DNA of 64,000 nt from Nitrosopumilus sp. (GTDB taxonomy: Archaea > Thermoproteota > Nitrososphaeria > Nitrososphaerales > Nitrosopumilaceae): contig CBDBLX010000002.1 of NCBI GenBank assembly GCA_965207445.1, positions 192,001 to 256,000 of the forward strand, written 5' to 3'. Position numbers and translations under genes: made by a program. The notes beneath the pieces are model-generated. The model did no database searches and was not told the origin of the DNA. It saw only the letters and a program-made list of their open reading frames with translations. Numbering within the stretch: position 1 is the stretch's first letter; each line of letters starts with the position of its first letter. Below are positions 20,195 to 30,873 of the stretch, one piece after another.

Positions 20195-20320
20195 GTTTGT
20201 TTGTGCTGGAATGATGATATAAATCGCTCATTTTTAATGGTCTTGGTTATCATCTTAATTTTCTCAACTGTTTTTAGACGCAAGAGTTTGTGACTTGGAT
20301 GTGCGCAAGATCATCTACTG

Positions 20321-20423
20321 TATTGTCAAACTTGCAAAAAGTTGTATAGTCCCTTGGGCAGCGTGTGTATATTTCCCCCAACCACGAGGTGGTATATTGT
20401 CAAACTTGCAAAAAGTCGTATAG
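20321..20423. repeat. Two 29-bp direct repeats separated by a 45-bp unique spacer
   Basis: TATTGTCAAACTTGCAAAAAGT(T/C)GTATAG at 20321-20349 and 20395-20423. Confidence 0.85.
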
Positions 20424-20461
20424 CGGCAAGAATTCTTATATTTCAAATACTGACATTGTAC

Positions 20462-21025
20462 ATGAAGACTAGGCATCTACAAGAGGGTGATGCTTCTTAC
20501 AAAGTCTATCTGTACATTTTTTATTTATGTGCTAGTATAATGCTGGCCTCATTTGTCTATGGTGTATACGTGACTATGATTGAATGGATGGAAAAAGACA
20601 CGTATGTCATGGGTGAGGCGATACATAATACTGCTATCCCATTTGAGAATTTTGCAAGAGTGTCGACATGGATATTCTTCTCTACTATAATAGGGTGGTA
20701 CTGTGTATCGAGAATCGGCTGGAAAAAGACTGCAGGTGACAAGATCACTGGAACCCGAATGGCTTTGTTGCAACTCATGTTGCTTGGATTTGCAATTATC
20801 ACACTGTATGAAGTACTGTACAATTTTACGGTATTGAATGCACAGATAACTGCTGGTGTTGTAAATGGGGTGGTTCCAGACATTGATCGTCTAATGGTAG
20901 CTTATCCAGATCCTGATAGGCCATGGAATCTGGTCTTTGCAACAAAGATATTTCTTGCATGTTTTATCATTAGCTCACACGCACTATATCTCAGCACAAA
21001 ACCAAGAAAGACACTTGAAGATTAA
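20462..21025 (+). CDS. Conserved hypothetical multi-pass membrane protein
   Basis: Four hydrophobic helices, YPDPDRPWNLVFATK; ATG 20462 preferred. Confidence 0.78.
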   Translation: MKTRHLQEGDASYKVYLYIFYLCASIMLASFVYGVYVTMIEWMEKDTYVMGEAIHNTAIPFENFARVSTWIFFSTIIGWYCVSRIGWKKTAGDKITGTRMALLQLMLLGFAIITLYEVLYNFTVLNAQITAGVVNGVVPDIDRLMVAYPDPDRPWNLVFATKIFLACFIISSHALYLSTKPRKTLED

Positions 21026-21079
21026 TTTTCATATTTTTTCCGTAGCTTTATACGTTTACATTCAATATTCAAACTAAAA

Positions 21080-22189
21080 TTGGACATTGAAGAAAAGATT
21101 AGATTAGTTGCCGCACCTCCCACACAGGAGATAGTCACAAAAGATGATCTACGAACAATCTTTGAGACAAATGATTCACCAAAACACTACATAGGACTTG
21201 AGATATCAGGATTTTTGCATCTAGGTAGTCTTTTGAGTGTAGGGTATAAGATTAATGACTTTACAAATGCTGGCATAAAGTGTACTGTATTTCTTGCAGA
21301 TTGGCATACCGTAATTAATGATAAATTGGGTGGAAGTTGGGATACAATATCAAAGGTCACAGAGTATTACAAGGATGCATTCAGACTAGTCTGTCCTGAT
21401 GCTACAATCAAACTTGGCACTGATCTGTACAAGGAAAAGACAGAATATTGGCAGAAACTAGTCTCATTTACAAAACACATGTCACTTGAGCGTACCAAAA
21501 GAGCGCTTACCATAATGGGACGCTCAGAAGATGAAAAAAATATTGGATTGGCAAGGTTGTTGTATCCTCCTATGCAAGCAGTGGATATACACTCACTTGA
21601 TGTTGATATCGCACATGCTGGAATGGACCAGCGTCGAATACACATGCTAGTCAGGGAGATCTTTCCAAAGATGGGCTGGAAGGTGCCAGTAGCTGTGCAC
21701 CACAAACTATTACCTGGGCTTGCAAGGCCTGTTACTGGTGAGAATCAAGATGGTGAGAAGCGGCTACAACAACAACAGCAGCAACAACAGCAACAACAAC
21801 GGCAACAGACAGTCGGCAAGATGAGTAAATCGGACCCTGACTCTAGTATATTCATGCATGACACGGACTCACAGATACAAAAAAAGATCAAAAAAGCATG
21901 GTGTGAGGAGGGTGAGACAGAAAAAAACCCCGTACTTGCAATTGCAAAAAATATCATATTTCACACACCAAATGAGATTACTATAGAACGACCAGAGAAA
22001 TTTGGTGGCAATGTATCATTTGATAATTATGAATCATTAGAGTCTGCTTTTGCAAACAACAGCTTGCACCCCGCAGACTTGAAGCGTGCAATAGGTGAGG
22101 AATTGACAAAGATTGTTGCACCCATACGTGACAAACTTGATCTCTCAGATGAGACAGCGCAAATCATTCAAAACAATCTCTCATCATAA
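21080..22189 (+). CDS. tyrS: Tyrosine--tRNA ligase
   Basis: HLGS, YPPMQAVD, AGMDQR, KMSKS, LHPADLK. Confidence 0.95.
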   Translation: MDIEEKIRLVAAPPTQEIVTKDDLRTIFETNDSPKHYIGLEISGFLHLGSLLSVGYKINDFTNAGIKCTVFLADWHTVINDKLGGSWDTISKVTEYYKDAFRLVCPDATIKLGTDLYKEKTEYWQKLVSFTKHMSLERTKRALTIMGRSEDEKNIGLARLLYPPMQAVDIHSLDVDIAHAGMDQRRIHMLVREIFPKMGWKVPVAVHHKLLPGLARPVTGENQDGEKRLQQQQQQQQQQQRQQTVGKMSKSDPDSSIFMHDTDSQIQKKIKKAWCEEGETEKNPVLAIAKNIIFHTPNEITIERPEKFGGNVSFDNYESLESAFANNSLHPADLKRAIGEELTKIVAPIRDKLDLSDETAQIIQNNLSS

Positions 22190-22342
22190 TTATATTTTGG
22201 TAAAAAACATTTTTGCCAATTGTAAAACATCACATATAATGTCACAATATATAATGTCACCTCATATTAACACCGCATATATTAACACCGCATACATTAA
22301 CATGATCGTTTGAATCCAAAACAATTTTAATATGATCAACTA

Positions 22343-23152
22343 TTACGAAGACAGTCTCGCACCTGTTCCCAACTGGTATTTTGATGTATAGCCGCGCGGA
22401 TTTATCATCAAATCTTTGTATGTGTATGTAGATGAGTTTCCTATTATGACCGTACTTATCATACCAAGGTTATCAGAATGATCCGTGAGATGCTCGAGGT
22501 CAGTCAAGACCACAGTTTGAGACTCTCTGAATGCCCCTTTAATTATTGCAACAGGCGTATTTGGTTTTCTATATTGTAATAGTATTTCACGTGTATCTTG
22601 TAGTTGGTGTATGCGTCGTTTGCTTGCCGGATTATATATCACAATTACAAAATCCCCCTGTGCTGCTGCCTCTACACGTTTTGTTATTATTTCCCATGGA
22701 ACCAACAGATCAGACATACTCAATACTGCAAAATCAGTCATCAACGGTGATCCGATTATAGATGCACACGAGTTTAGTGCAGAGACACCTGGAACTATCT
22801 CTACTTTTAGATCGTCACTATCTACTGTCGGATCCCATCCGGATTTTGCAAGAGTCTCATATATCAGACCTGCCATTCCATATATTCCCGGATCCCCACT
22901 TGAAACAAGTGAGACTGTCTTGCCGGATTTTGCAATGTCAATGCATTGTTGTGCGCGTTCTACTTCTTGTGTCATTGCATAACGATATACGGTCTTACCA
23001 TCTATGAGATCCTTTACTAGATTTACATACGTCTCATATCCTATTATGGTGTCACTTTGTGCAATTGCTTCTTTGGCTCGAAATGTCATATGATCGTGAT
23101 GCCCAGGCCCTACGCCTACGATAAATAGTGTGCCACCCATATGTGAATTCAA
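22343..23152 (-). CDS. cobJ: Precorrin-3B C17-methyltransferase
   Basis: VGVGPG, SSGDPGIYGMAG, LSMSDLLVPW, INPRGY. Confidence 0.93.
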   Translation of the reverse strand: MNSHMGGTLFIVGVGPGHHDHMTFRAKEAIAQSDTIIGYETYVNLVKDLIDGKTVYRYAMTQEVERAQQCIDIAKSGKTVSLVSSGDPGIYGMAGLIYETLAKSGWDPTVDSDDLKVEIVPGVSALNSCASIIGSPLMTDFAVLSMSDLLVPWEIITKRVEAAAQGDFVIVIYNPASKRRIHQLQDTREILLQYRKPNTPVAIIKGAFRESQTVVLTDLEHLTDHSDNLGMISTVIIGNSSTYTYKDLMINPRGYTSKYQLGTGARLSS

Positions 23153-23299
23153 GTAGATTGTAATTTATCCGTAGCTACATCATCTTTGATGATTGTGTTT
23201 AAACTACTCGTTAGATTGAACAGTTACGTGTGTTTTTTTGTATAATATTATCATTTAAGTGTATGAATTTGATCTATTTACTTTATCTGTCAGTTGAAT

Positions 23300-24853
23300 T
23301 TATTGAAACGGATCAACAAGAGGCGCATTAATTACATAATAACTATTTGTTGGTCTTGCCAAACCTGCAGTCAACATGTCTTTTTTGGCAAACAATTCGA
23401 TATCTTGTATATTCTCTAAAATTTTTGCATCTGATGCGGGTTTGTTCCATTCTACAGAGTTAATACGCCACATTGGTGTATAATTATCATCACCAGGCAC
23501 TGCTCCAAATATGGCAGGTTGAAATCCTACAGACCCAGAACCAATTATCCCGTTTTCAAATATGTACATATCTGATGCTCCTGAGTGATCCACCAAACTA
23601 GCGTATGTTGGTATGAACTCTACTCCTATAATATCTGCAGGACGTTGTGGTGTTGCACCAGTGACTATATGATATGTTGTTTGCCCATCCGGACCCCAAC
23701 TTCTATGCGCCACAAATGTCACAGTCATATTCTCTGTATCTACATGTGTAATCTGACCACTACCATATGGCATATCATCTACAAATTCTGCATCAGTACG
23801 TAAAAGATTACTGTCATCTGATGATGGGATCTGAGGCATATTTGCTATTATGATATTATCTTGCTCATCATCATCATCATGTGTTGCAAACGTTATTCGC
23901 CCTGCATCTTTTGTTCTAATGATCTCATCGGCGCTCTCAAGTACAATATGGTTTTGACCAGGCCTCCAACTCACTTCGATGACCTCACTTAATGCACTGT
24001 ATGTATCGTCATTTGGTGTGGATGAGAATACTTCTAGTTGATAACCATACAGCCCGTCACCCTTGATACCATTTGTAAATACGTACACTTGTTGTAGTGC
24101 CACCTCTGGCAACGTAGATGATAAACTCGGAGCATGTGACACATTCCATCTCTGTGCCTCTGATATTGTTGATACATAATCCTCATCATTGGCATCTGTT
24201 ATGATGTATAATAGAGACTCTCCATTATACATGCCCTTGTGCATTGGGATCACTGCTGGAACACTTGCGTGTGCGAGTGCAAGACTTGGTTCTTTTTTTG
24301 GCGATATGTCAGATTTGATAGTCTGCATTGCTACAGGTGTGGGTTCACCTCTTACCCATGCATCTACACTCATTGTGGCAACAAACTCTTGTGTCGAATA
24401 CAAAGCAACGGCTGCTCCTGTAAAGTCTATCACACCAGAGTTGCTATTATTGTTCTGGGAACTGATTACAGATGCGGCGTACTTTGTCTGATTATCCACT
24501 GTCCATATGGGCAGTGTTGTATTTGCAGCCTCTGTGATGCCATCTTGTGTCATTGCATGTAATACTAGTACGTCAGTTGGAACATCTGATACAAATGTCA
24601 TTGAACCATCATATATTGTATCCTTGTTAGGTGACAGTACAAATGCAATGTGGTGTGTACCTGTACCTGCTATACTCGGGTCAGATATTGATGATACGGT
24701 CTGAGTAAAATGAATTTTTTTCTTAATATTGGCATCTGCAAACTGTTCAGTATCCAAACCCGGTATTATGATAAATATAGACATAATGATACCTATTGAT
24801 GCTATTGCTAGTATGATGCCTATTGATGAACTCTTTTTTTTACTTGCGCTCAA
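23300..24853 (-). CDS. Conserved thaumarchaeal membrane-anchored protein with a duplicated domain
   Basis: N-terminal TM; two copies of YIITDA/YHIVTGA...YVFTNG/YIFENG...YSALS/YTPMW. Confidence 0.75.
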   Translation of the reverse strand: MSASKKKSSSIGIILAIASIGIIMSIFIIIPGLDTEQFADANIKKKIHFTQTVSSISDPSIAGTGTHHIAFVLSPNKDTIYDGSMTFVSDVPTDVLVLHAMTQDGITEAANTTLPIWTVDNQTKYAASVISSQNNNSNSGVIDFTGAAVALYSTQEFVATMSVDAWVRGEPTPVAMQTIKSDISPKKEPSLALAHASVPAVIPMHKGMYNGESLLYIITDANDEDYVSTISEAQRWNVSHAPSLSSTLPEVALQQVYVFTNGIKGDGLYGYQLEVFSSTPNDDTYSALSEVIEVSWRPGQNHIVLESADEIIRTKDAGRITFATHDDDDEQDNIIIANMPQIPSSDDSNLLRTDAEFVDDMPYGSGQITHVDTENMTVTFVAHRSWGPDGQTTYHIVTGATPQRPADIIGVEFIPTYASLVDHSGASDMYIFENGIIGSGSVGFQPAIFGAVPGDDNYTPMWRINSVEWNKPASDAKILENIQDIELFAKKDMLTAGLARPTNSYYVINAPLVDPFQ

Positions 24854-24894
24854 TGTACGGCTTTAAGATTGTTCCTTTAAATTATTTTGGAAAT

Positions 24895-26337
24895 CTACTT
24901 TTTTGCTTCTTTACCAAGATCAAACACACTATGTATTGCCCGCGCAGCATTATCAGCATCTGAATTTCGTACAACCCATGCTAGATTAAGCTCAGATGAG
25001 CCCTGTGTTATCATTACCACATTGATATTCGCTGACCCCATAGCATCAAATACCTTTGAGGCAACACCTGCTGTACCACGCATCCCGGACCCAATCAATG
25101 CTACGATGGTCATATCAACTGTGACGTCAAGTTTCTTGATTATACTGCCTAATAGTCGTAACTCTAGCGCATTTACAGCTCTGTCAATATCTGCATTCTT
25201 AACTACTATAGTAATACTTGACTCTGATGGGTTTTGTGATATCATCATTACATTGACCTCTGCATTTGCTAGTGTGGTGAATATTTTAGCTGCTGTACCC
25301 GGCATCCCTACCATACTTGCACCATGTATGTCGATCAGACCGTTTCCTCTTATGCGACTAACACACTTTACTGTATCTTTTACCATCTCAGGTGGGGATG
25401 CTGTTACGAGTGTACCGTCATCTGTAATGTTTTGTGAGTTACGTATGCGCATTGGAATTTCTTTTAAAAGTACGGGCTCAAATGTTCTTGGATGTATCTG
25501 CTTTGCGCCAAAGAGCGCCATCTCGACTGCTTCGGCATATGAGACGTGTCTGAGAATCTTTGCATCTTTTACTATGTTAGGATCAGCAGTTACAAGTCCA
25601 TCCACTATACCCATTAACCATATCTCATCAGCATGCAAACAAGCGCCTATTATTGTTGCAGTATAGTCAGAACCACCTCTCCCAAGTGTGGTGAGACGTC
25701 CGTGTTGATCAGAGCCTACAAAGCCTCCTACTATGGGAATTTTATTATTATCTGCAAGTATGGCATTGATGGTCTTTGCAACGCGCAACTTTGTAGTATC
25801 CATGAGTGGTTTTGCCTCACCAAACTTTGAATCTGTTAATATTCCAACTTCTTTTCCTGTAAGTGGTACTGTCTTTTTATTATGGTCAGATATAGCACCC
25901 GCAACTAGTCTAATCGAGAGACGCTCACCAAATGACAATACATAATCCATCATACTACTTGTGAACTCACCTAATAACACCATACTATCTATAAGTGCCA
26001 TTAGTTCATCAGAGTCAGACTCTATCTCAGATATGACTTTATTTTGTAGTGACTGTTTTTTGTTTATTATCTGTCTTGCAAGGCGTTTGTGCCTGTCGAT
26101 CATTATCTTTGCAAAACGTCTTGCTATCTTTTTGTTGCCTGTTTTAACAGCTCTTGTGATATTGATCAACTCATCTGTAGTGCCTTTGGTAGCTGAACAT
26201 ACTACCACAAGACGATTCTCTTTTACTAGTGTGACTATATGACTTGCAATATTTTTCATACTATTTGCAGATGCAAGAGATTCACCATCGTACTTTATAA
26301 TTAATAATGGCTGTTTTTGCTGTTTGTGTTGTACCAT
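24895..26337 (-). CDS. lysC: Aspartate kinase with two ACT domains
   Basis: VVVCSA, TTLGRGGSDYTAT, FGAKQIHP, ACT repeats. Confidence 0.92.
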   Translation of the reverse strand: MVQHKQQKQPLLIIKYDGESLASANSMKNIASHIVTLVKENRLVVVCSATKGTTDELINITRAVKTGNKKIARRFAKIMIDRHKRLARQIINKKQSLQNKVISEIESDSDELMALIDSMVLLGEFTSSMMDYVLSFGERLSIRLVAGAISDHNKKTVPLTGKEVGILTDSKFGEAKPLMDTTKLRVAKTINAILADNNKIPIVGGFVGSDQHGRLTTLGRGGSDYTATIIGACLHADEIWLMGIVDGLVTADPNIVKDAKILRHVSYAEAVEMALFGAKQIHPRTFEPVLLKEIPMRIRNSQNITDDGTLVTASPPEMVKDTVKCVSRIRGNGLIDIHGASMVGMPGTAAKIFTTLANAEVNVMMISQNPSESSITIVVKNADIDRAVNALELRLLGSIIKKLDVTVDMTIVALIGSGMRGTAGVASKVFDAMGSANINVVMITQGSSELNLAWVVRNSDADNAARAIHSVFDLGKEAKK

Positions 26338-26366
26338 GTCAACATCGACACCACAAAGTCTTAATT

Positions 26367-27152
26367 TTAACTCTCTACTCGTGGAGCCAGATAAAAGTGA
26401 ATTCTACCTATATTTGCAATCTTACATTCTAGTCTGAGTGGCTTTGCAGATGAAAACTCACATGTGACGCGTGCAGTAGCGGACCCGACTGCTTTTATCA
26501 GAGGATTCAAGTATTCTAATGAGTATGTACCTGTACTCTCTGTAGTGGTCTCAACATCTTCGATTATATTTTGCGACTCATTCTCATTATCACTACCTGT
26601 ATCACGTGTACCACTCACGGCCAGATCTATCTTTACCTCACCAGAGTCACCTTTTCCTGAAAATGATACTAGTTCACTTGAGACATCAATCGTCAAATAT
26701 TCAGATACTACTTGCACGTCGCCGAGCACTTTTTCAAACTTTGTGGTGGGTACTATGATCTTCGTCGTGTATGGTACTTTGGGTAGAGGAGTATCAGTTG
26801 CTGAACTCTCAATTAATCTTATTTTATACTTTTTATTTTTACCAACCGTAACCAACAGTTTGTTGTCATCTGAGATCCCAATGTCGATGCTGTCTTTTTT
26901 GTCTGCACGTTTGATTATTTTGGCAAATTCATCTATACGAACTCCAAACTTTACGTCGCTGTCACACTCGTATTTCTCAAAAGCAGAATTAGGCCATGAA
27001 ATATCAATTAATGCCACGTGTGATGGATCCATTCCGCGAAATGTGATACCTTCTGCTGTTGCATCAAATGTGGCCTCTTCGACTAGAGTAGATATCGCAG
27101 ATATGATGGTCTTTAGGTCATCTGAACCACTAGTTTTAGCAATAAACGTCAA
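26367..27152 (-). CDS. pcn: DNA polymerase sliding clamp (PCNA)
   Basis: MDPSHVALID, FYLAPRVE. Confidence 0.96.
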   Translation of the reverse strand: MTFIAKTSGSDDLKTIISAISTLVEEATFDATAEGITFRGMDPSHVALIDISWPNSAFEKYECDSDVKFGVRIDEFAKIIKRADKKDSIDIGISDDNKLLVTVGKNKKYKIRLIESSATDTPLPKVPYTTKIIVPTTKFEKVLGDVQVVSEYLTIDVSSELVSFSGKGDSGEVKIDLAVSGTRDTGSDNENESQNIIEDVETTTESTGTYSLEYLNPLIKAVGSATARVTCEFSSAKPLRLECKIANIGRIHFYLAPRVES

Positions 27153-27204
27153 GTCATTTTAGGTGTACTTGTGCTATTTTAAAAGTGTACGTGTGTTGTT
27201 AGTG

Positions 27205-27280
27205 GGAACCACTCAACCTCGTATATGCGTCAGACGTTAGTCGACAAATCTATGTCTAAATCTGAAGGAGTTGAGCGGTT
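27205..27280. mobile_element. Degenerate MITE family B copy
   Basis: GGAACCACTCAACC...CAGACGTTAG...GTTGAGCGGTT; flanks ttgttagtg/ttgctagta. Confidence 0.65.
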
Positions 27281-27680
27281 TTGCTAGTATGTTGTATAAT
27301 TCTTCGATCATACCAAATAGAGTCAGATATGGCGCGGCGTGTATGGGTAGTTTTGTAGCAGATTTAGAGATAAAAGGCATCTCAGACAATAGATGAATGT
27401 TTGATTCGTGGTAATTCTAATTGAAATACTCTCCCCCTCCTACACACACCCAACTGCAACTTAAATAGATTAATTAAAATATGAAAAAACATAATTATTA
27501 CAAAACCTAAAAATCTAAATTATTTTATTTATTTATATTCAAATTTTAAATGAATATATCAATCAGGAAGGTTGGCTCACACAAATGCACGCTTCATTGC
27601 CTCTGAGTCACTCACAAAAGGCATGCTGCAAACCAGAGTCAATTATAATATAACAAAAGATATAGATCCATAGGAATAAC

Positions 27681-27869
27681 ATGCAAAACAAATCCGAAAC
27701 AATTGCAGTCGCGCCGCTGGTGGGTGTCACCTTGGCGTCACTTGCGACAACAAGCATTGTTGAAGACACGATGGCAGAGAAAGAGGCAACACTGCCAGGT
27801 GACCTTCCACACCCGGACGCAGAAAAGATCACGGACCGGGACATGGACATAATTACAGTCTTAAACTAA
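27681..27869 (+). pseudogene. Fragment of a secreted protein (signal peptide plus short remnant)
   Basis: 62-aa ORF in a GC-richer patch with a signal-like N-terminus. Confidence 0.35.
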
Positions 27870-27921
27870 ATCTGCAACAGACTCTCTTTTCTTATGTATA
27901 CAAATAATACGGTGACCGAGC

Positions 27922-28122
27922 ATGGACAAGTTGTTTTTCAGAATAAGCATCATTGTAGTCGGCCTCTTGATCGTACTGGTTGTGATAATACCCATGTATG
28001 CATACAGGAACCCACAGAATCCGTTTTCTGATTTGTATATGTGCATCATGGGGTTTGATCCTCCCGATCAGAGGGGGTTGTCATACGTCGAACACCGGTC
28101 GATGCCCCCGTTGTGTCCCTGA
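27922..28122 (+). CDS. Small single-TM protein with two Cys
   Basis: 66-aa ORF with a strong N-terminal TM. Confidence 0.5.
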   Translation: MDKLFFRISIIVVGLLIVLVVIIPMYAYRNPQNPFSDLYMCIMGFDPPDQRGLSYVEHRSMPPLCP

Positions 28123-28277
28123 CTGATCCGGATGTTTGTGGCCCATGCACAGAATAACGGGAATTCTACCCGTTGACATCTCCGTTTTATACGGCCAGCC
28201 GCATCCGGGCGGTAATGAACACGAGCACAAGAGCATGAGTGGGACTGCTTTTGACATACGGATTGCTACCGGCATGT

Positions 28278-28375
28278 CTGTAGTCTACAATGTGCCCAAT
28301 TTCAATGATCTTATTTTTAATTATACAGTATGGCACATTTACTATGGCAAGTAACTACCATGTCAGTAGTTCGCA
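28278..28375. mobile_element. ISH3-like end remnants
   Basis: Similar to 5531-5615, followed by a second CAGTAGTTCGCA end. Confidence 0.65.
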
Positions 28376-28522
28376 GACTGCGCAGTAGATGTCTTTTTTG
28401 TACCATACTTGTGTATCAGGCCCCCCCTCTCTGCGGTTTGTCTTGTATCCTGTATTGTGTTTGGATACTGTCCTCTTTTGAGGATGGTATCACATGTCCC
28501 AGTACGCAATAGTCACACTTTT

Positions 28523-28670
28523 GTGTGAACCAAGCTCATTGAACATAATAATAAAATCACATACTTGTATTTGGTTATATTCCTGTCTGTATATCAAGTA
28601 TCGTGCATGTGATGCATTTGGCTAGGAGTTATTTTGAATGATCATATCAATTATGGATCTTGGTTCACAC
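28523..28670. mobile_element. MITE family A, copy 2
   Basis: GTGTGAACCAAGCTC...GATCTTGGTTCACAC; colinear with 1201-1352. Confidence 0.85.
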
Positions 28671-28836
28671 TATTTTTGCAATGCCGTATTGTTAAAGCGT
28701 AGATTAACAAATTTGATTAACAAATTATACAACATGTTATGTATTGCTGTAACGGCAGTTGTGTTTAAACAAGACAAAATGTTTTTTATCTGTTGTGATT
28801 AAAAATATCAAATAATGTGTAAGTGATTGATCATAG

Positions 28837-29166
28837 TTAGGCATAGTTGCGCCAAGTGTACCCACATTTTGTGCATCGATAAAACTGCGTAGTAGGCTCG
28901 TCTGCACTTCTAGTCTGAAGCATCCACCATACGGCCTCGTCATGCCCACATTTTTCACACTCTATTTTGATGGTAGGGCGTGTCTCATCTTGATCTTCTT
29001 CACTGAACACCTCAAAGGCTTTTTCAGGATTTGTCGTTTTTTGCGCAATGTCTGATTTTGCACTTTTCTCAGAACTATTATCACTCTCAATATAATTACA
29101 CTTTGGGCATTTGTGACCATCTATATCCTTTTTTAGTTTTTGATCACACTTTGGGCAGAATTTCAA
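28837..29166 (-). CDS. tfs: Transcription factor S / RpoM
   Basis: CPKC...CPKC, CEKC, QTRSADEP, CTKC. Confidence 0.94.
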   Translation of the reverse strand: MKFCPKCDQKLKKDIDGHKCPKCNYIESDNSSEKSAKSDIAQKTTNPEKAFEVFSEEDQDETRPTIKIECEKCGHDEAVWWMLQTRSADEPTTQFYRCTKCGYTWRNYA

Positions 29167-29167
29167 T

Positions 29168-29446
29168 TTATTCTACCTTGATTGCTGCATTGATGGTCTC
29201 TTTAAGATCTTGTGCAGTCTTTATGGCTGCATCTGTTGCCTTTTGAATCTCATTTGTTGGTGTTGAAGAAGAGTTGACCTTCATCCAACATTCATTTGTA
29301 AGTGGATGTTTTACTATAACTCCTGCAAAATTAGTGCTATTTGCCTTTAAGAGTTCATGTTGAACTATATATAAAATTCCAATATCAGTTTCGGTGATTG
29401 ATATGTTTATCTCTTTAGGCTCTGAGTTAATTACTGTAGCTTTCAT
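29168..29446 (-). CDS. rpoL: RNA polymerase subunit L (Rpo11)
   Basis: FAGVIVKHPL; adjacent to tfs. Confidence 0.85.
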   Translation of the reverse strand: MKATVINSEPKEINISITETDIGILYIVQHELLKANSTNFAGVIVKHPLTNECWMKVNSSSTPTNEIQKATDAAIKTAQDLKETINAAIKVE

Positions 29447-30136
29447 GTGATTTTGTGAATTTCTATATTGATATAAATCAATAGAAGTTGATTTTTTTTA
29501 TAATGCCAACTGTCCTATTTATTTAATATATTCATATTTTATACACAATGTTAATAAAAATTTTACAAGGTGACATTACGTATTGTATTAACTTTACATT
29601 AATTATACCATATGAATATTTAATATACTATAAAACCTGATCAATTACTATGGTAATTTTTTATTATTTTACATCAACTAATTTTTAAGACGTTTAATCC
29701 CCTAATTCAGATTAATTTTTTGTGCATATACAACGCGATAAAAAATACCTCTGCAAAAGTAGCATGGGTTGTAATATGTGGTATGGGTAAATGGAGAATG
29801 CCTATCGAGAATGCGTGCACGGGAGCATGCTGTTATGTATGGTTGTATATCATACGATATATGATGCGCTCTGAGCCCTTTTTTCCACCTACATATGTGA
29901 TGATAATAGTATGACGACTTGTTGGCGACTCTTATCTGTCCTCAATGGATTTCATTAACTTTTAGATGTCGTCTAGTCTGGTGTGTCTGTGAGTTGAATT
30001 GATGCTGTAGGGGCAGGATGCATAGATAACTTGTCTGCAATTAACATAACAATGCTCAAAATATTTTTGATGTAATATGTTGATTTTGGCAACAACTCTA
30101 CACACATAAACAGGATGTGGCGCATCATCGATTGAA

Positions 30137-30685
30137 TTGGCAGAAAGTAGGTTTTCAGAACTAACACTTAGTGCACCAAAAACAGAGTACACGCGTAATG
30201 AAAACATTGAGATTACAGTAAAGTTCTCAATAACGGGTGGACTCAGAGACGCATTTAATGAGGTCAATTGGACAAAATCTTACGAGGCAAATGATGTCTC
30301 TTTCAAGTTAAAGTACGGTGCAAAAATTTCAACAGGAGGCTTTAGGAAAAAAGCTATTGGGAGACCTGTTGAGACATATCGCAAGGCATCTATATTTTGG
30401 ACTAGAAATCCAAAGTTGGTAAATCCGATGAAGGACAAGAGAATATGGGTCCAAGTTGCAAAGAACTTTATGCCATACATCAAACTAACAGAGGAGGAAG
30501 TTTGCAGTGAACTCTTTGACTTTACAGAGGTATTTGTAATAAAACCTTCCGAGTTGGGGGACGATGCTGGTACTTACAAACTAGGTGCTAGTGTACATGC
30601 ATCATGGCAAAAGCACAATTATACTGAATCAGGTAACATTAAACATGATGTTGATAATGGTGTTGAGATTACCCTCATTAATTAG
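30137..30685 (+). CDS. Conserved hypothetical protein
   Basis: 182-aa ORF (YRKASIFWTRNP) with thaumarchaeal character. Confidence 0.78.
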   Translation: MAESRFSELTLSAPKTEYTRNENIEITVKFSITGGLRDAFNEVNWTKSYEANDVSFKLKYGAKISTGGFRKKAIGRPVETYRKASIFWTRNPKLVNPMKDKRIWVQVAKNFMPYIKLTEEEVCSELFDFTEVFVIKPSELGDDAGTYKLGASVHASWQKHNYTESGNIKHDVDNGVEITLIN

Positions 30686-30715
30686 GGATATAAAGAACTA
30701 GGTGTACTTGCACAT

Positions 30716-30868
30716 ATGGCAAAATACGATGGACTGTTGGGACAACCAGTATTAGAGGTGGAAGAACCAGATAAAGAGGGTGGTATTACATTCATATTCA
30801 AAGATAATCGTTTTCTATTCATAAAAGCAATAGATGGAAAGATTGAAACCGTCTCAATACCAGAGTGA
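30716..30868 (+). CDS. 50-aa hypothetical microprotein
   Basis: MAKYDGLLGQPVLEVEEPDKEGGITFIFKDNRFLFIKAIDGKIETVSIPE; TATA-like ATATAAA about 25 nt upstream. Confidence 0.75.
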   Translation: MAKYDGLLGQPVLEVEEPDKEGGITFIFKDNRFLFIKAIDGKIETVSIPE

Positions 30869-30873
30869 TTATA

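Noticed and set aside
20321..20423. CRISPR array call
   Set aside because: Only two repeats, no cas genes and no typical repeat end; kept as a plain repeat.
23153..23299. Cobalamin riboswitch upstream of cobJ
   Set aside because: No B12-box or convincing structure; AT-rich intergenic sequence.
24887..27162. Long plus-strand ORFs 24887..25666 and 26464..27162
   Set aside because: Antisense shadows of aspartate kinase and PCNA with no motifs.
29720..30100. Possible heavily decayed DDE transposase
   Set aside because: Only faint motif hints (LIADKL); cannot be supported without a search.
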